Below are positions 9,588 through 19,561 of a stretch of DNA of 64,000 nucleotides, piece by piece; positions within the stretch are counted from its first letter, which is position 1; every line of letters begins with the position of its first letter. The DNA lies in the NCBI GenBank assembly GCA_035504215.1, contig DATJSI010000062.1, forward strand, positions 31,311-95,310, read 5' to 3'. Under the pieces are notes generated by a model. The model was not told the DNA's origin. It worked only from the letters and a program-made list of their open reading frames with translations, and did not search any database. A program made the position numbers and the translations under genes. This DNA is from Mycobacteriales bacterium (GTDB taxonomy: Bacteria; Actinomycetota; Actinomycetes; JAFAQI01).

Positions 9588-9976
9588 AGGGAAGGATGGA
9601 CAGGGAAAGGGAGATTCGCCTTGGTTCAGCTCGCCCAGCGTCGAGCCGCCAGAGTTACGGCCGTGCTTCGGCTGGGCTGGGCTGCCGCACTGCTCCTATC
9701 ACGACGCCACGGTTCGGCACATTGTTCACGGCCCCGAAGAGTGGTAGTGGGTTTGCTGGTTACGCGGCACGCCGTGCAAGGGCTCGCCACGCTGCTGCGC
9801 CCCACGCGCAATACCTTGCGGATCGGCGCGGCGATCGACGCCACTCATGCGGTCTCGATGGTCGGTGTTGCTGTGCTGCGGTCGGGTGAGACACGGCGGC
9901 TCGCCGCCGCTGATGCGGGCATCGCCGGGGGAGCCGCCGTCGAGGATCTGCTGCTGTTGCGATCCGGACCGGCCCG

Positions 9977-11848
9977 GTGACCGCTGCTGATGCGGCGTGC
10001 CCCCGACTCGAGCCGGTTCCACTCGAGGACTACGCCGTACTCGGGGACGGTCGCACCGTAGCGCTGGTCGCATCCGACGGACAGATCGACTGGTTCGCGA
10101 CACCGGTTCTGGATGCCGAACCGGTGTTCGCCGGTCTCCTCAATCCCGCCGAGGGCGGCACGATCGGAATACGCCCGACTGCACCGTTCGAATCCCGCCG
10201 TCGATACCTCCCCAACACGAACATCGTTGAGACCACGTTCACCACCGATTCGGGCGTGGCACGTCTCACCGATGCTCTGACGGTCGGCACCTCCGGGCCG
10301 CTGCCGTGGAATGAGCTGGTCCGCCTGGTCGAGATTCTGTCCGGTGAAGTCGATCTGTTGTGGTGGGTGTCCCCGGGCGACCTGACCGGTAGCGCCGGAC
10401 CCTGGACCCGCAAGCTCGGCGATCGGGTCACGCTGCACTGTGGCAGCCAGGTTCTCGGGGTCCGCGCCTATGACTTCGGGCCGATGACGATCGACCCGCA
10501 CGCCGTTCGAGGCCGCGTCCTGCTGTGCCAGGGCGAGACGGCCACGCTCGGCGTCACGGGCAGCGACGCCGGCCAGGTCTGGTTGCCCGATCGAGGCTCG
10601 ATGCTGGCCCGGCTGAACCGGACCCGCGACCGGTGGGTCGACTGGGCCAGCCAGATTCACTACGAGGGCCGTTGGCGCGATGCGGTGATCCGCTCCGCGT
10701 TGGCGCTGAAGTTGCTGGTCCACGAGCCGACCGGAGCCATCGCTGCGGCCGGCACGACCTCGCTGCCCGAATCGATCGGGGGGCAGGCGAACTGGGACTA
10801 CCGGTACATGTGGGTGCGCGACACCGCCTATGCCGCCGACGCGCTCATGCGCCTCGGCCTCGGGGAAGAGACCCACGCCGTAGTGTCGTGGCTACTGCAC
10901 GCGGTCCGAGAGAGCGCCCCGGACCTTCGCGTCATGTACACCCTCGACGGCGCTCCCGCGCAACCGGGAGCTGAGATCGACGCTCCCGGCTATCGGAACA
11001 GCCGACCGGTTCGGCGTGGCAACGACGCGGTCGGCCAGCGTCAGCTCGGCACCTATGGAGATCTGTTCGACACCATCTGGACGTACGTGCGCAACGACCA
11101 CGTTCTCGATGTCAGGACCGGAAACACCCTCGCTGCTTACGCCGACCAATGCTGCGACACCTGGCGACATACCGACTCGGGGCTGTGGGAGCTCAGCGAT
11201 CAGCGCCACTACACGGTGTCCAAGATGGGTTGCTGGATCGCGCTCGATCGCGCGATCAAGCTGCACAACGCCGAGCAGGTCGCGACGACGCACGTCGGCC
11301 GGTGGGTCGCGGAGCGTGACGCAATCAAACAATGGGTGGACACACACTGCTGGTCGAATGAGCGTCGTAGTTACACCTTCTACGCGGGAACCGATGATCT
11401 CGATGCTGCCGTTTTGCTGGCCGGCCAGGTCGGGTTCGATCGTGGCGAGCGCCTCGCCTCGACTATCGCTGCGATCGGGTCCGAGCTCGTGGAGGGCCCC
11501 CTGGTCTGGCGCTACAGCGGCACTCGCGAGCGTGAAGGCGCGTTCGTCGCATGCACGTTCTGGATGGTCAACGCGTTGCACCACACCGACCAGCGCGACC
11601 GTGCCGAAGGACTCATGGAGGCAGCCGTCGGCCTGGCGAACGACGTCGGCCTGTTCTCCGAGGAGATCGCCGCCGACCGCTCGTTCCTCGGCAACCTTCC
11701 ACAGGCACTCAGCCACCTCGCGCTGATCAACGCCGCAACCAGCCTCAGCGAGCAGGCCGAGTCGGGCGAACGGCCAGCCGCCAACAGCGACGTTCGTGCT
11801 GATGGCTCGCCCACGTCGATATCGAGGAGCGAGCCGTGTCCGAGCTGA
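9977..11848 (+). CDS. glycoside hydrolase family 15 (glucoamylase/trehalase-like)
   Basis: The N-terminus LEDYAVLGDGRTVALVASDGQIDWFATPVLDAEP and the (alpha/alpha)6 barrel region are typical of actinobacterial GH15 trehalase-like enzymes. Confidence 0.8.
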   Translation: MTAADAACPRLEPVPLEDYAVLGDGRTVALVASDGQIDWFATPVLDAEPVFAGLLNPAEGGTIGIRPTAPFESRRRYLPNTNIVETTFTTDSGVARLTDALTVGTSGPLPWNELVRLVEILSGEVDLLWWVSPGDLTGSAGPWTRKLGDRVTLHCGSQVLGVRAYDFGPMTIDPHAVRGRVLLCQGETATLGVTGSDAGQVWLPDRGSMLARLNRTRDRWVDWASQIHYEGRWRDAVIRSALALKLLVHEPTGAIAAAGTTSLPESIGGQANWDYRYMWVRDTAYAADALMRLGLGEETHAVVSWLLHAVRESAPDLRVMYTLDGAPAQPGAEIDAPGYRNSRPVRRGNDAVGQRQLGTYGDLFDTIWTYVRNDHVLDVRTGNTLAAYADQCCDTWRHTDSGLWELSDQRHYTVSKMGCWIALDRAIKLHNAEQVATTHVGRWVAERDAIKQWVDTHCWSNERRSYTFYAGTDDLDAAVLLAGQVGFDRGERLASTIAAIGSELVEGPLVWRYSGTREREGAFVACTFWMVNALHHTDQRDRAEGLMEAAVGLANDVGLFSEEIAADRSFLGNLPQALSHLALINAATSLSEQAESGERPAANSDVRADGSPTSISRSEPCPS

Positions 11849-12438
11849 CCGTCGGCGGCGCCGCGTTGGGATGGGCGGCGCTGAAGGCCGTCCTCATGTT
11901 CGTGGTCGCGGTGGGCGGCCTGCGGCTCGGTGAGCGGCGCACGCTGGCGCAGCTCGGAGCCTTCGACTTCGCGGTGGCCGTCGCGGTCGGTGCGTTGATC
12001 GCCCGCACCGCGACCTCGTCGACCACGTCGTTCGCCACCGGAGCGGTCGTGCTCGTCACCTTGCTCCTCGCGCACCGCGCGGTCACCGAGCTCCGCCGGC
12101 ATCACTGGATCGGCGCGCTCGTCGATGCTCCCCCTCGCGTCCTGATCGCAGATGGGAAGCCGCAGGAGCGGGAACTCGCCCGGGTCGGGCTGACTCGCGG
12201 TGACCTATACGCGTTGCTGCGCGAGAACCGCGTTGCCGCCGTCGACGACGTACGGTTCCTACTCTACGAGAGCCGCGGTGCGCTCACTCTGGTGACTACC
12301 GACGACCGGATCGGGCCGCTGGTCCGTGATGCGCTTGCGGCCGCACAAATCACGGTGCCTGATGCCGGCGATGCGGTCGCTCGAACCGACCCGCCGGCAC
12401 GCTCCGACCGCGGCGGGAGCCTGCCTCGTGCCCACTAA
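11836..12438 (+). CDS. DUF421 (YetF-like) membrane protein
   Basis: Two N-terminal TM helices plus a conserved C-terminal DUF421-like domain. 13-nt overlap with the GH15 gene. Confidence 0.6.
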   Translation: MSELTVGGAALGWAALKAVLMFVVAVGGLRLGERRTLAQLGAFDFAVAVAVGALIARTATSSTTSFATGAVVLVTLLLAHRAVTELRRHHWIGALVDAPPRVLIADGKPQERELARVGLTRGDLYALLRENRVAAVDDVRFLLYESRGALTLVTTDDRIGPLVRDALAAAQITVPDAGDAVARTDPPARSDRGGSLPRAH

Positions 12439-12810
12439 TCCCGGTCCGACCAGTGACTCGCTGCACGCCGCTACCCGATGGCAATGGGCCGCCGTGACGA
12501 TCATCGGGCTCGGCTCGGTTGTGGGTGGCATCGCGCTCATCGAGTGGAATTGGCCGCTGTTCTGGACGGCCGTCGGTTTCATGGTCGCAGGGGTCCTTCT
12601 CGCCTGGCGCCTCCACATCATGGATGCGGTCAGTGTCTGGAGCCCGCCGCCGGAGCCGACTGCACCGCATACCACCACTCCGCCTCGATAGGCGAGGCGC
12701 GGTTCTTCGGGCCGCTCCGTGCGCCGACCGTCAAGGCGCAAGCCGGTAAACTGGCCGGCGGAGAGCCGGGAAGCCTGGTCGGCGCGATATCGAGTCGTGT
12801 CCGAGGAGGC

Positions 12811-13815
12811 GTGTTGGCGGTCGCCGAACCTGCCGTCTCCTTCGCCGTCGGAGCCGTCGTGTCGTTGGGCACGAGCTGGCTGCTCGTCTCGAGGCTCGAG
12901 CGAATCGGCGAGCGCCTTGACTTCTCCGAAGCGTTGCTCGGCATGGTCGCGGCACTGGCTGCTGATGCGCCGGAGATCACGGCGTCGATCACGGCGCTGG
13001 CCCACCGGCAGAATGCCGTCGGAGCCGGTGTCACGATCGGCTCGAACGTTTTCAACCTCGCGGCGCTACTCGGGCTGGGAGCTCTCGTTGCGGGCGGGAT
13101 TCGGCTGCATCGGCGGGTGACGGCACTCAGCGGCGGCACGGCCGTGCTGATCGCTGTGTTCTGCCTGCTTGCGGTCAGCCAGGTCGTTCCCGTCATCGGC
13201 GCGCTTGCTCTGGTCCTCGCCGTCCTCGTCCCGCTCACCGCGGTACTGGCTGCGCCCCGATTGTGCTGCGACACGTTTCGTCTGCCGGCCGCCTGGCGGA
13301 GCTGGCTGGTCCGGGCGATCAATGAGGAAGAGACGGAGCTGGCGGAGGCGATCCGTCCGCGACGTGGCCGGGCCCCCGACGCGTGGGTCGCGCTCGGAGC
13401 CCTGGCGGTCGTGGTAGCAGCCAGCATCGAAATGGAGCGCGGCGCCACCTCGCTCGGTGCGCACTACCGGATTGCCGAGATCGTGACCGGAGGGCTCGTT
13501 CTCGCCGCGGTGACCAGTCTGCCCAACGCCGTCGCGGCGGTGTACCTGGCGCGTCGTGGCAGGGGAGCAGCGGCGCTGAGTACGGCGATGAACTCCAACG
13601 CTCTCAACGTGGCGGTCGGCCTGCTGCTCCCGGCGGCAATCGTCGGGCTCGGTCATCGGTCGACGTCGGGCCTGCTCGTTGCCGGGTGGTATCTCGGCCT
13701 GACAGGGGTGACAGTGGCTCTCGCCTACCGCTATCGAGGTTTGCCGCGAGCCGCCGGCGGGGTCATCGTGGCCCTTTACGTGCTCTTCGTCGCGGCGGTG
13801 CTGGTGTGGGCCTGA
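12811..13815 (+). CDS. CaCA-family cation/Ca2+ exchanger (YrbG-like)
   Basis: Alpha-repeat motifs GSNVFN and NSNALN, about 10 TM helices. GTG start chosen. The long ORF from 12478 has a non-membrane Arg-rich N-terminus. Confidence 0.65.
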   Translation: MLAVAEPAVSFAVGAVVSLGTSWLLVSRLERIGERLDFSEALLGMVAALAADAPEITASITALAHRQNAVGAGVTIGSNVFNLAALLGLGALVAGGIRLHRRVTALSGGTAVLIAVFCLLAVSQVVPVIGALALVLAVLVPLTAVLAAPRLCCDTFRLPAAWRSWLVRAINEEETELAEAIRPRRGRAPDAWVALGALAVVVAASIEMERGATSLGAHYRIAEIVTGGLVLAAVTSLPNAVAAVYLARRGRGAAALSTAMNSNALNVAVGLLLPAAIVGLGHRSTSGLLVAGWYLGLTGVTVALAYRYRGLPRAAGGVIVALYVLFVAAVLVWA

Positions 13816-13964
13816 TGCCCGCTGCGCGAGCGCCGTCGGATCACGAGGTCGAAGCCCGGTTCGCTGTCCATGCACGGCCCTGCATCGCCCCTGCATCGCC
13901 CGTGTTGCAGGGGTGCCGATGGCTGTGCGAGCATTCCTCGCCGCGTCCGGTGATGGGGGGACCA

Positions 13965-15077
13965 ATGTCTGTTTCGTTGACGCTGAACCGTTCGGCGGGT
14001 GCGTGGCGGGTCGGCCGCGCTGGCCGGCAACGCCGGGTCGTGTGCGGCGCGGCGGTGCTGGCGCTGGCTTCGTCCGGCGTGGCCTTCATGGGTACGCCGG
14101 CCGGGGCGGCGGGGGTTCCGACGTACTCGTTCATCGTCGTGCCGCACGGTGGCGGTGGAGTCGGGGTCGATCCGAAGACGGACACCATCTACGAGAGCGG
14201 CGCAGGAACGGTCTCGGTCATCGACGGCGCGACCCGCAAGGTGACCGCGACCATCGCCGACTCGGGCAAGGAACCCGGCTACGTGGCGGTCGACCCGACC
14301 AGGGACCGGATCTACGTCGCCAACGCGGGTTCGGGCACGGTCACCGTCATCAACGGCAAGACCAATAAGGTCACCCACACCACGAAGGTCGGCCACGACC
14401 CGTTGGGCATCGCGGTCAACACCAAGAAGAACGTTGTCTACGTCGCCAACTTCGGGTCGAACACCGTTTCGGTGATCAACGGCAAGAACGACCACGTCAC
14501 TCACACGATCAAGGTTCGCCACCACCCGAACGCGGTCGCGGTAAACGTGCGAAAGGGGACGGTCTACGCGACCTTCGAGGGTGTCCCGGGCTCGCGGAGC
14601 GGCGCGACCTACTACTTCCATGCCGGAGTGGCTGTCATCTCCGGCAGGACGAACAAGGTCACGCGCCTGGTCAAACCCGCCGAGGAGTCGGGTAGCTCGG
14701 CGTACGGCGTGGCGGTCGATCCGACCACCGACCGGGTGTACGTAGTGTTCGACTACGCCTACGGCGCGGTCGTCGTGCTCAACGGGAAGACCGACAAGAT
14801 CCGCACGACCATCTCGGTCGGGAGCTATCCGAACATGATCGCGCTGAACCCGGCAAAGCACCTGATGTACGTCGGATGGAGCGGCGCGGACCAGGGGGGC
14901 ATCAAGGTCTCGATCGTCAAGACCGGCACCGGCCGGATTCTCGGCAACTACGGCGAGGAGCAGGGCCAGACCGGGATGGCGATCGACCCGGCCACGAACC
15001 GGACATACATCTCGTCGAACGACCTCTACCTCTCGGGGAACTACACGAACGGCCTGGAAGTCATCCACGGCACGTAG
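13965..15077 (+). CDS. secreted YVTN-family beta-propeller repeat protein
   Basis: Signal peptide, then 7-8 repeats of about 40 aa of type D-x-x-x-x-R-[IV]-YV[AV]N-x-G-S-x-TV[ST]VI[DN]. RBS GGGGGGA precedes ATG 13965. Confidence 0.75.
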   Translation: MSVSLTLNRSAGAWRVGRAGRQRRVVCGAAVLALASSGVAFMGTPAGAAGVPTYSFIVVPHGGGGVGVDPKTDTIYESGAGTVSVIDGATRKVTATIADSGKEPGYVAVDPTRDRIYVANAGSGTVTVINGKTNKVTHTTKVGHDPLGIAVNTKKNVVYVANFGSNTVSVINGKNDHVTHTIKVRHHPNAVAVNVRKGTVYATFEGVPGSRSGATYYFHAGVAVISGRTNKVTRLVKPAEESGSSAYGVAVDPTTDRVYVVFDYAYGAVVVLNGKTDKIRTTISVGSYPNMIALNPAKHLMYVGWSGADQGGIKVSIVKTGTGRILGNYGEEQGQTGMAIDPATNRTYISSNDLYLSGNYTNGLEVIHGT

Positions 15078-15249
15078 GCCTCACGAGAACCGCCGGCAAC
15101 TTCTGGGAATTGCCGTGCTGCCGACTCGGCCGGCGCGACGCGGTCGTTCGTGATTTACGCGACCTTTCGGTCAACTCTCGCTTCTCTAGACGGCAGCGGA
15201 ACGTGCTGGATACGGTGCCGCTACCGCTGGCTGAGGATCGGAGTGAACG

Positions 15250-17856
15250 GTGCGATCACGACGTTTCGGAGTAGCCCTCGCTATCGGCGCGCTGCTCGCC
15301 GCGGCGGGGTTGCCGGCGGCATTCCTGCCCTCGTCCGCGGCCGCCGCCGCGGCGACCACCTGGTCCGCGGTCAACCCGATCGACCACGGCGCACCGCTCT
15401 CGGCCGGTGAGCCGATCACGGCGCTGGCGTGTCCGTCGGCATCGCTCTGCGTGGCGGTCGGGTACGGCGACATCGAGACGACCACCGACCCCGGGGCTCA
15501 ACACGGCACGGCGGCCGGATGGCAGGTCGTCGACGTCGATGGGAACTATCCCACCAAGCCCAACGACCCGACCCTCAACGCGATCTCGTGCCCGTCCTCG
15601 ACGCTGTGCGTAGCGGTCGACTCCAACGGCAACGTGGCGAGCTCCGTCACGCCGGCGAAAGGGATCGCCGCCTGGTCGCTCAGCTCCGCGGATCGCGGCG
15701 TGGATCTGACCGCGGTGTCGTGCCCATCGTCCGGCTTGTGCGTGGCGATCGGACGAGGCACGACCGGCCTCGTGACGCTGATCTCGACCGACCCGGGCAA
15801 GGGCGCCAAAGCCACCTGGACACCGCATTCCGTCAGTGCTTTCGGGTCGTCCGACGGACCGGGTTCCCTCGCCTGCCCGACCACGACCCTGTGCGTCGCG
15901 GCCGGGGAGAACGACAGCGGGATCAGTGCGGTATGGACCGCGACGGACCCGAAGTCCACGAGCTGGACAGCTCATCAGGTCGGCTCGACCGTCGGCACCG
16001 ACTTCATCGCGGTCTCGTGCGGCGGTACGTCGGCGTGCGCCGCGGTAGGGGAGCACGGTCAGGCGGCGCTCTCGAGCGATGCGTCCTCCGGTGCGAGCGC
16101 CACCTGGCACGACACCACGCTGGCCAGTGACGACGCGGTCGGAGTCTCGTGCCCGACGACGTCGTTGTGCGACGCGACCGACCTGCTCGGCAACGTGTTC
16201 ACCTCGACGAACCCCAGCACGTCGAGCCCGACCTGGGTCGAGAAGACCGCCGTCGAGGGCGCAACGCAGACCATTGCCTGTACGCCGTCGGCTTCTCTCT
16301 GCGTCGTGACCGGCGCGGGGTCCAAGGCGGACAGTACGACCGATCCGGCTGACGGCAACACGGCAACCTGGACGACGACCGGCTACACCGCATCGAGTGA
16401 CATCGAGGGAATCTCCTGCCCGAGCAGCTCGTTCTGTGCGGCGGCCGACGACGCCGGGAATATCTCGACGTCGACGGATCCCGGGAGCAAGTCGGCGACC
16501 TGGCGGAGCACGAACGTCGACAGCGGGATCGCGATCAACCCTGGTGGCTCGTACTTCCTGGAGGGGATCTCCTGCCCGTCGACCAGCCTGTGCGTCGCGG
16601 TCGACGATGTCGGCAACGTCCTTACGTCGACCGATCCGGGCAGCGGGTCACCCACGTGGAAGGCCGCCAAGGTCGACAACGCAGGTGGGTTCACCGCGAT
16701 CACCTGCCGGTCGACGAAGCTATGCGTCGCGGTGGACTTCGCCGGCGACGCCGTGGTGTCCACCAACCCGACCGGGGGCATCGGCGCGTGGACGACGACA
16801 CCGATCGACAACGACCTGCTGGTGCACTACGCAAGCGTCTCGTGCCCGTCGGCCACGTTGTGCTTCGCCGGGCAGGAGGGTGGCGCGGTCACTACCGTCC
16901 ACCTGAACTCTGCGGGCGCGGTCGGAGCAACATCGACGGCCGATATCGACCTTGGCATCAACTGGCTGAACGGCATCTCGTGCCCGACGACGACACTGTG
17001 CGTCGCGGTCGACTCCGCCGGCAACGTCGAGGAGTCGACCAAGCCCACCGGAGCAGCGTCAACCTGGAAGCGGGTCAAGATCGACATCGTCGGTGCCGCC
17101 AACCCCGCCAACGACCTGACCGCTGTTTCGTGTTCCAGCTCCACCCACTGCGTTGCTGTCGACGCGGCCGGCAACGCGGTCAGCACGTCGGCGCCCAAGG
17201 GCGCTGCTTCAGGGTGGAAGCGGGCGCACGCCGATCCTTTCAGCGGGCTGGACGCGGTGTCCTGCCCGACCTCGTCGTTGTGTGTTGCGGGCGACGACAC
17301 CGGCAACGAGATCTTCGGCCACACCGGCCCGGCCGGGCTCGCCATCTCAACCGCGAAGCTGCCGAGCGCAACAGCCGGCAAGAAGTACGACGCGAAGCTC
17401 TCGGCCAGTGGTGGCACCGGCCCGTACCACTGGAAGAAGTCCTCCGGCTCGCTGCCCAAGGGCCTCAAGCTGTCCTCGAAGGGGACGATCTCCGGCAAGC
17501 CGCACGCCGCGGGCACCTCGACCTTCGTGGTCAAGGTCACCGACTCGGCCAAGACCGCGGCGAGCGTGAGCCGCACCTACCGGTTGACCGTTCACCTGGC
17601 GATCCACCCGACCTCGCTGCGAAAGGCCAACGTGGGCACGGCCTACCACGTGAAGCTCGGTGCGAGCGGCGGCAAGAAGCCGTACCGGTGGAAGAAGACC
17701 GCAGGCTCACTACCCGCTGGCCTGAAGCTTTCCGCCAAGGGCACGATCTCCGGCAAGCCGACCGCAGCCGGTACGTCGACCTTCACCGTCAAGGTCACCG
17801 ACTCCGCCAAGCACGCGAACGACGCGACCAGAAGGTACAAGCTGGTCGTGGGTTAG
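15250..17856 (+). CDS. secreted repeat protein: 14 x about 43-aa C-P-x3-L-C repeats followed by two He_PIG (putative Ig) domains
   Basis: Signal peptide. Repeat consensus [IV]SCPSxSLCVAVDxxGNVxTSTDPxxxxxTW. C-terminal LPxGLKLSSKGTISGKP...TVKVTDSAK duplicated Ig-like modules. GTG start with GGAG RBS. Confidence 0.7.
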   Translation: MRSRRFGVALAIGALLAAAGLPAAFLPSSAAAAAATTWSAVNPIDHGAPLSAGEPITALACPSASLCVAVGYGDIETTTDPGAQHGTAAGWQVVDVDGNYPTKPNDPTLNAISCPSSTLCVAVDSNGNVASSVTPAKGIAAWSLSSADRGVDLTAVSCPSSGLCVAIGRGTTGLVTLISTDPGKGAKATWTPHSVSAFGSSDGPGSLACPTTTLCVAAGENDSGISAVWTATDPKSTSWTAHQVGSTVGTDFIAVSCGGTSACAAVGEHGQAALSSDASSGASATWHDTTLASDDAVGVSCPTTSLCDATDLLGNVFTSTNPSTSSPTWVEKTAVEGATQTIACTPSASLCVVTGAGSKADSTTDPADGNTATWTTTGYTASSDIEGISCPSSSFCAAADDAGNISTSTDPGSKSATWRSTNVDSGIAINPGGSYFLEGISCPSTSLCVAVDDVGNVLTSTDPGSGSPTWKAAKVDNAGGFTAITCRSTKLCVAVDFAGDAVVSTNPTGGIGAWTTTPIDNDLLVHYASVSCPSATLCFAGQEGGAVTTVHLNSAGAVGATSTADIDLGINWLNGISCPTTTLCVAVDSAGNVEESTKPTGAASTWKRVKIDIVGAANPANDLTAVSCSSSTHCVAVDAAGNAVSTSAPKGAASGWKRAHADPFSGLDAVSCPTSSLCVAGDDTGNEIFGHTGPAGLAISTAKLPSATAGKKYDAKLSASGGTGPYHWKKSSGSLPKGLKLSSKGTISGKPHAAGTSTFVVKVTDSAKTAASVSRTYRLTVHLAIHPTSLRKANVGTAYHVKLGASGGKKPYRWKKTAGSLPAGLKLSAKGTISGKPTAAGTSTFTVKVTDSAKHANDATRRYKLVVG

Positions 17857-17869
17857 CGAACCGCTCGCG

Positions 17870-19510
17870 CTACCCCTTCGGGCACCACGGGTTCTTCGGG
17901 ACGCCTGCGCAGGGGTGCGGCATCGTCGGGAGCTGCTTCGGCAGCGGGTGCATCACGACCTTGGTCTGCCGCGGGTAGTGGTCGTCGGACCCGCAGGGAG
18001 GCGTCGAGCCCGAGAGCGAGACCTGCGTGTCGCACAGCACCTCATTGAGGAAGGTGATGTTCAGGTTGGCCGGCACCTTCTTGCCGCTGCACTTCGGGTA
18101 CGAGGACTCGAGCGACTTCGCATCCGAGCTCAGCTTCCCCTTGTTGCCGTGGTAGCAGTCGGTCGCCTCGTGGCCGGCCAGGTTGAGCTGGTCGAACGCC
18201 CCGTTTGTCGCGTTGCCGAAGAACCCGTTGTTCGTGTAGGTGTTGTCGATCAGGGCGTCGCCGTACTCGTCGTACAGGCAGCTGCCGGGGCCGGTGATCG
18301 GGTCGTTGCGAATGCCGCCCGTGCACGGCGGCCCGCTGTCCGGGTAGGGGACCACGATCGTGCCCCAGGCGCCGTTGCTGATGAACGTGTTGTCCATCAC
18401 GGTGTCGTTGCGAGCGCCGGAGAGCGAAACTCCGGTCCCGACCGGTCCCTGCGCCGCTGATCCGGACTTCGGCACGTTCGGGTCGTTGTTCTTGATGAAA
18501 CGGTTCTTGTAGAGCACCCAGCAGGTGTGCGCGCCCTTGATCGGCGGCTTGATTCCCTTCGGGCAGGCGCCGTTCTGCGGCGGCGGGTTGTCGCCGTTCT
18601 GGCTGTTGGTGTCGAAGCCGTCCTCGTTGTGGTCGAACAGGTTGTGCTCGATCAGCATCGTGCCGCCGGAGTTGCTGCCGGAGTAGCCGAGCGCGTTGTA
18701 CTCCGAACGGCTGTCCCTGATGATCTGGGTGCACAGCTGGTGGCAGGCGCCGATGTAGAAGCCGGAGTCGTTGAAGTTGCTCGCGTAGTCATGGGCGAAG
18801 ACGCCGCCTTGCCACGCGCTGGAGAACAGTCCGTACGCCGCCGCGTCGGTCTCGCTGTCATAGAACGTCGAGGTCGCCGTCAGGTAGTTCGCCAGGAAGC
18901 CCCAACCGTCGATCTTGTTCTTCTTGTTGAGGCCGTCCCACCAGATCTCGTTGCCGGTGTCGCCCGAGCCGCTGAGGAAGTTGCACGCGGTGAGGTTCTC
19001 GACATTGACGTCATTGGCATGCCACACCACGATGCCGTTGAGACCGGTGTTCGAGCTGCCCTGCTTGGGGCCGTAGTTCTGCGCCGCCGCCTTCTTGCTG
19101 CACTTGCCGTAACCCGGCTTCGTGCCGTCGACGACCACCGTCCGGCGGTTCATCCCGCGGATCGTGAGATCGGGCTTGGTGATCAGGACACCGGAGGGAA
19201 TGTCGGAGTGGCCCTTAGGGGCCCGGCTGGACGTCGTCTTGTAGTCACCCGGCGCGACCAGGATCCAGTCGCCGGGACGGGCGTGGTCGACCGCAGCCTG
19301 GATCGTCTTGAACTGCCCCTTGATGTGGTGCCAGGTGCCGACCCGCAGCACGCGGACGCCGTGCGCCGCGCTCGCCCGCGGTGCCGTGGCGCCTGCTGAC
19401 CCGCCACCCCGCAACGCGGTGGCGCCCGCCGATGCGGTCAACCCGAACCCGAGCACCAGGCAGCTCGCGACCGCCGCCCAGCTAAGACTCCTCAACCGAC
19501 GCACTGGCAC
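17870..19510 (-). CDS. secreted right-handed parallel beta-helix (pectin-lyase-fold) protein
   Basis: Signal peptide. N-x-x-x-N/D-rich beta-helix repeats (NTFISNGAWG, IDNTYTNNGFFGN). Confidence 0.7.
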   Translation of the reverse strand: MPVRRLRSLSWAAVASCLVLGFGLTASAGATALRGGGSAGATAPRASAAHGVRVLRVGTWHHIKGQFKTIQAAVDHARPGDWILVAPGDYKTTSSRAPKGHSDIPSGVLITKPDLTIRGMNRRTVVVDGTKPGYGKCSKKAAAQNYGPKQGSSNTGLNGIVVWHANDVNVENLTACNFLSGSGDTGNEIWWDGLNKKNKIDGWGFLANYLTATSTFYDSETDAAAYGLFSSAWQGGVFAHDYASNFNDSGFYIGACHQLCTQIIRDSRSEYNALGYSGSNSGGTMLIEHNLFDHNEDGFDTNSQNGDNPPPQNGACPKGIKPPIKGAHTCWVLYKNRFIKNNDPNVPKSGSAAQGPVGTGVSLSGARNDTVMDNTFISNGAWGTIVVPYPDSGPPCTGGIRNDPITGPGSCLYDEYGDALIDNTYTNNGFFGNATNGAFDQLNLAGHEATDCYHGNKGKLSSDAKSLESSYPKCSGKKVPANLNITFLNEVLCDTQVSLSGSTPPCGSDDHYPRQTKVVMHPLPKQLPTMPHPCAGVPKNPWCPKG

Positions 19511-19561
19511 AACGTTCTCCCTCCGCTCCGGCTGTTCGTCCGGGGCCGTATCCGATCGGGA

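Noticed and set aside
13066-15068. Minus-strand ORFs (299 aa, 430 aa) antisense to the CaCA and YVTN genes
   Set aside because: Same GC-frame artefact pattern. The sense-strand products have clear family signatures.
15400-17300. CRISPR-like periodic DNA repeats
   Set aside because: The about 130-bp periodicity is in-frame coding repetition of the CPxxxLC protein modules, with divergent spacers at protein level. No short direct repeats or cas genes.
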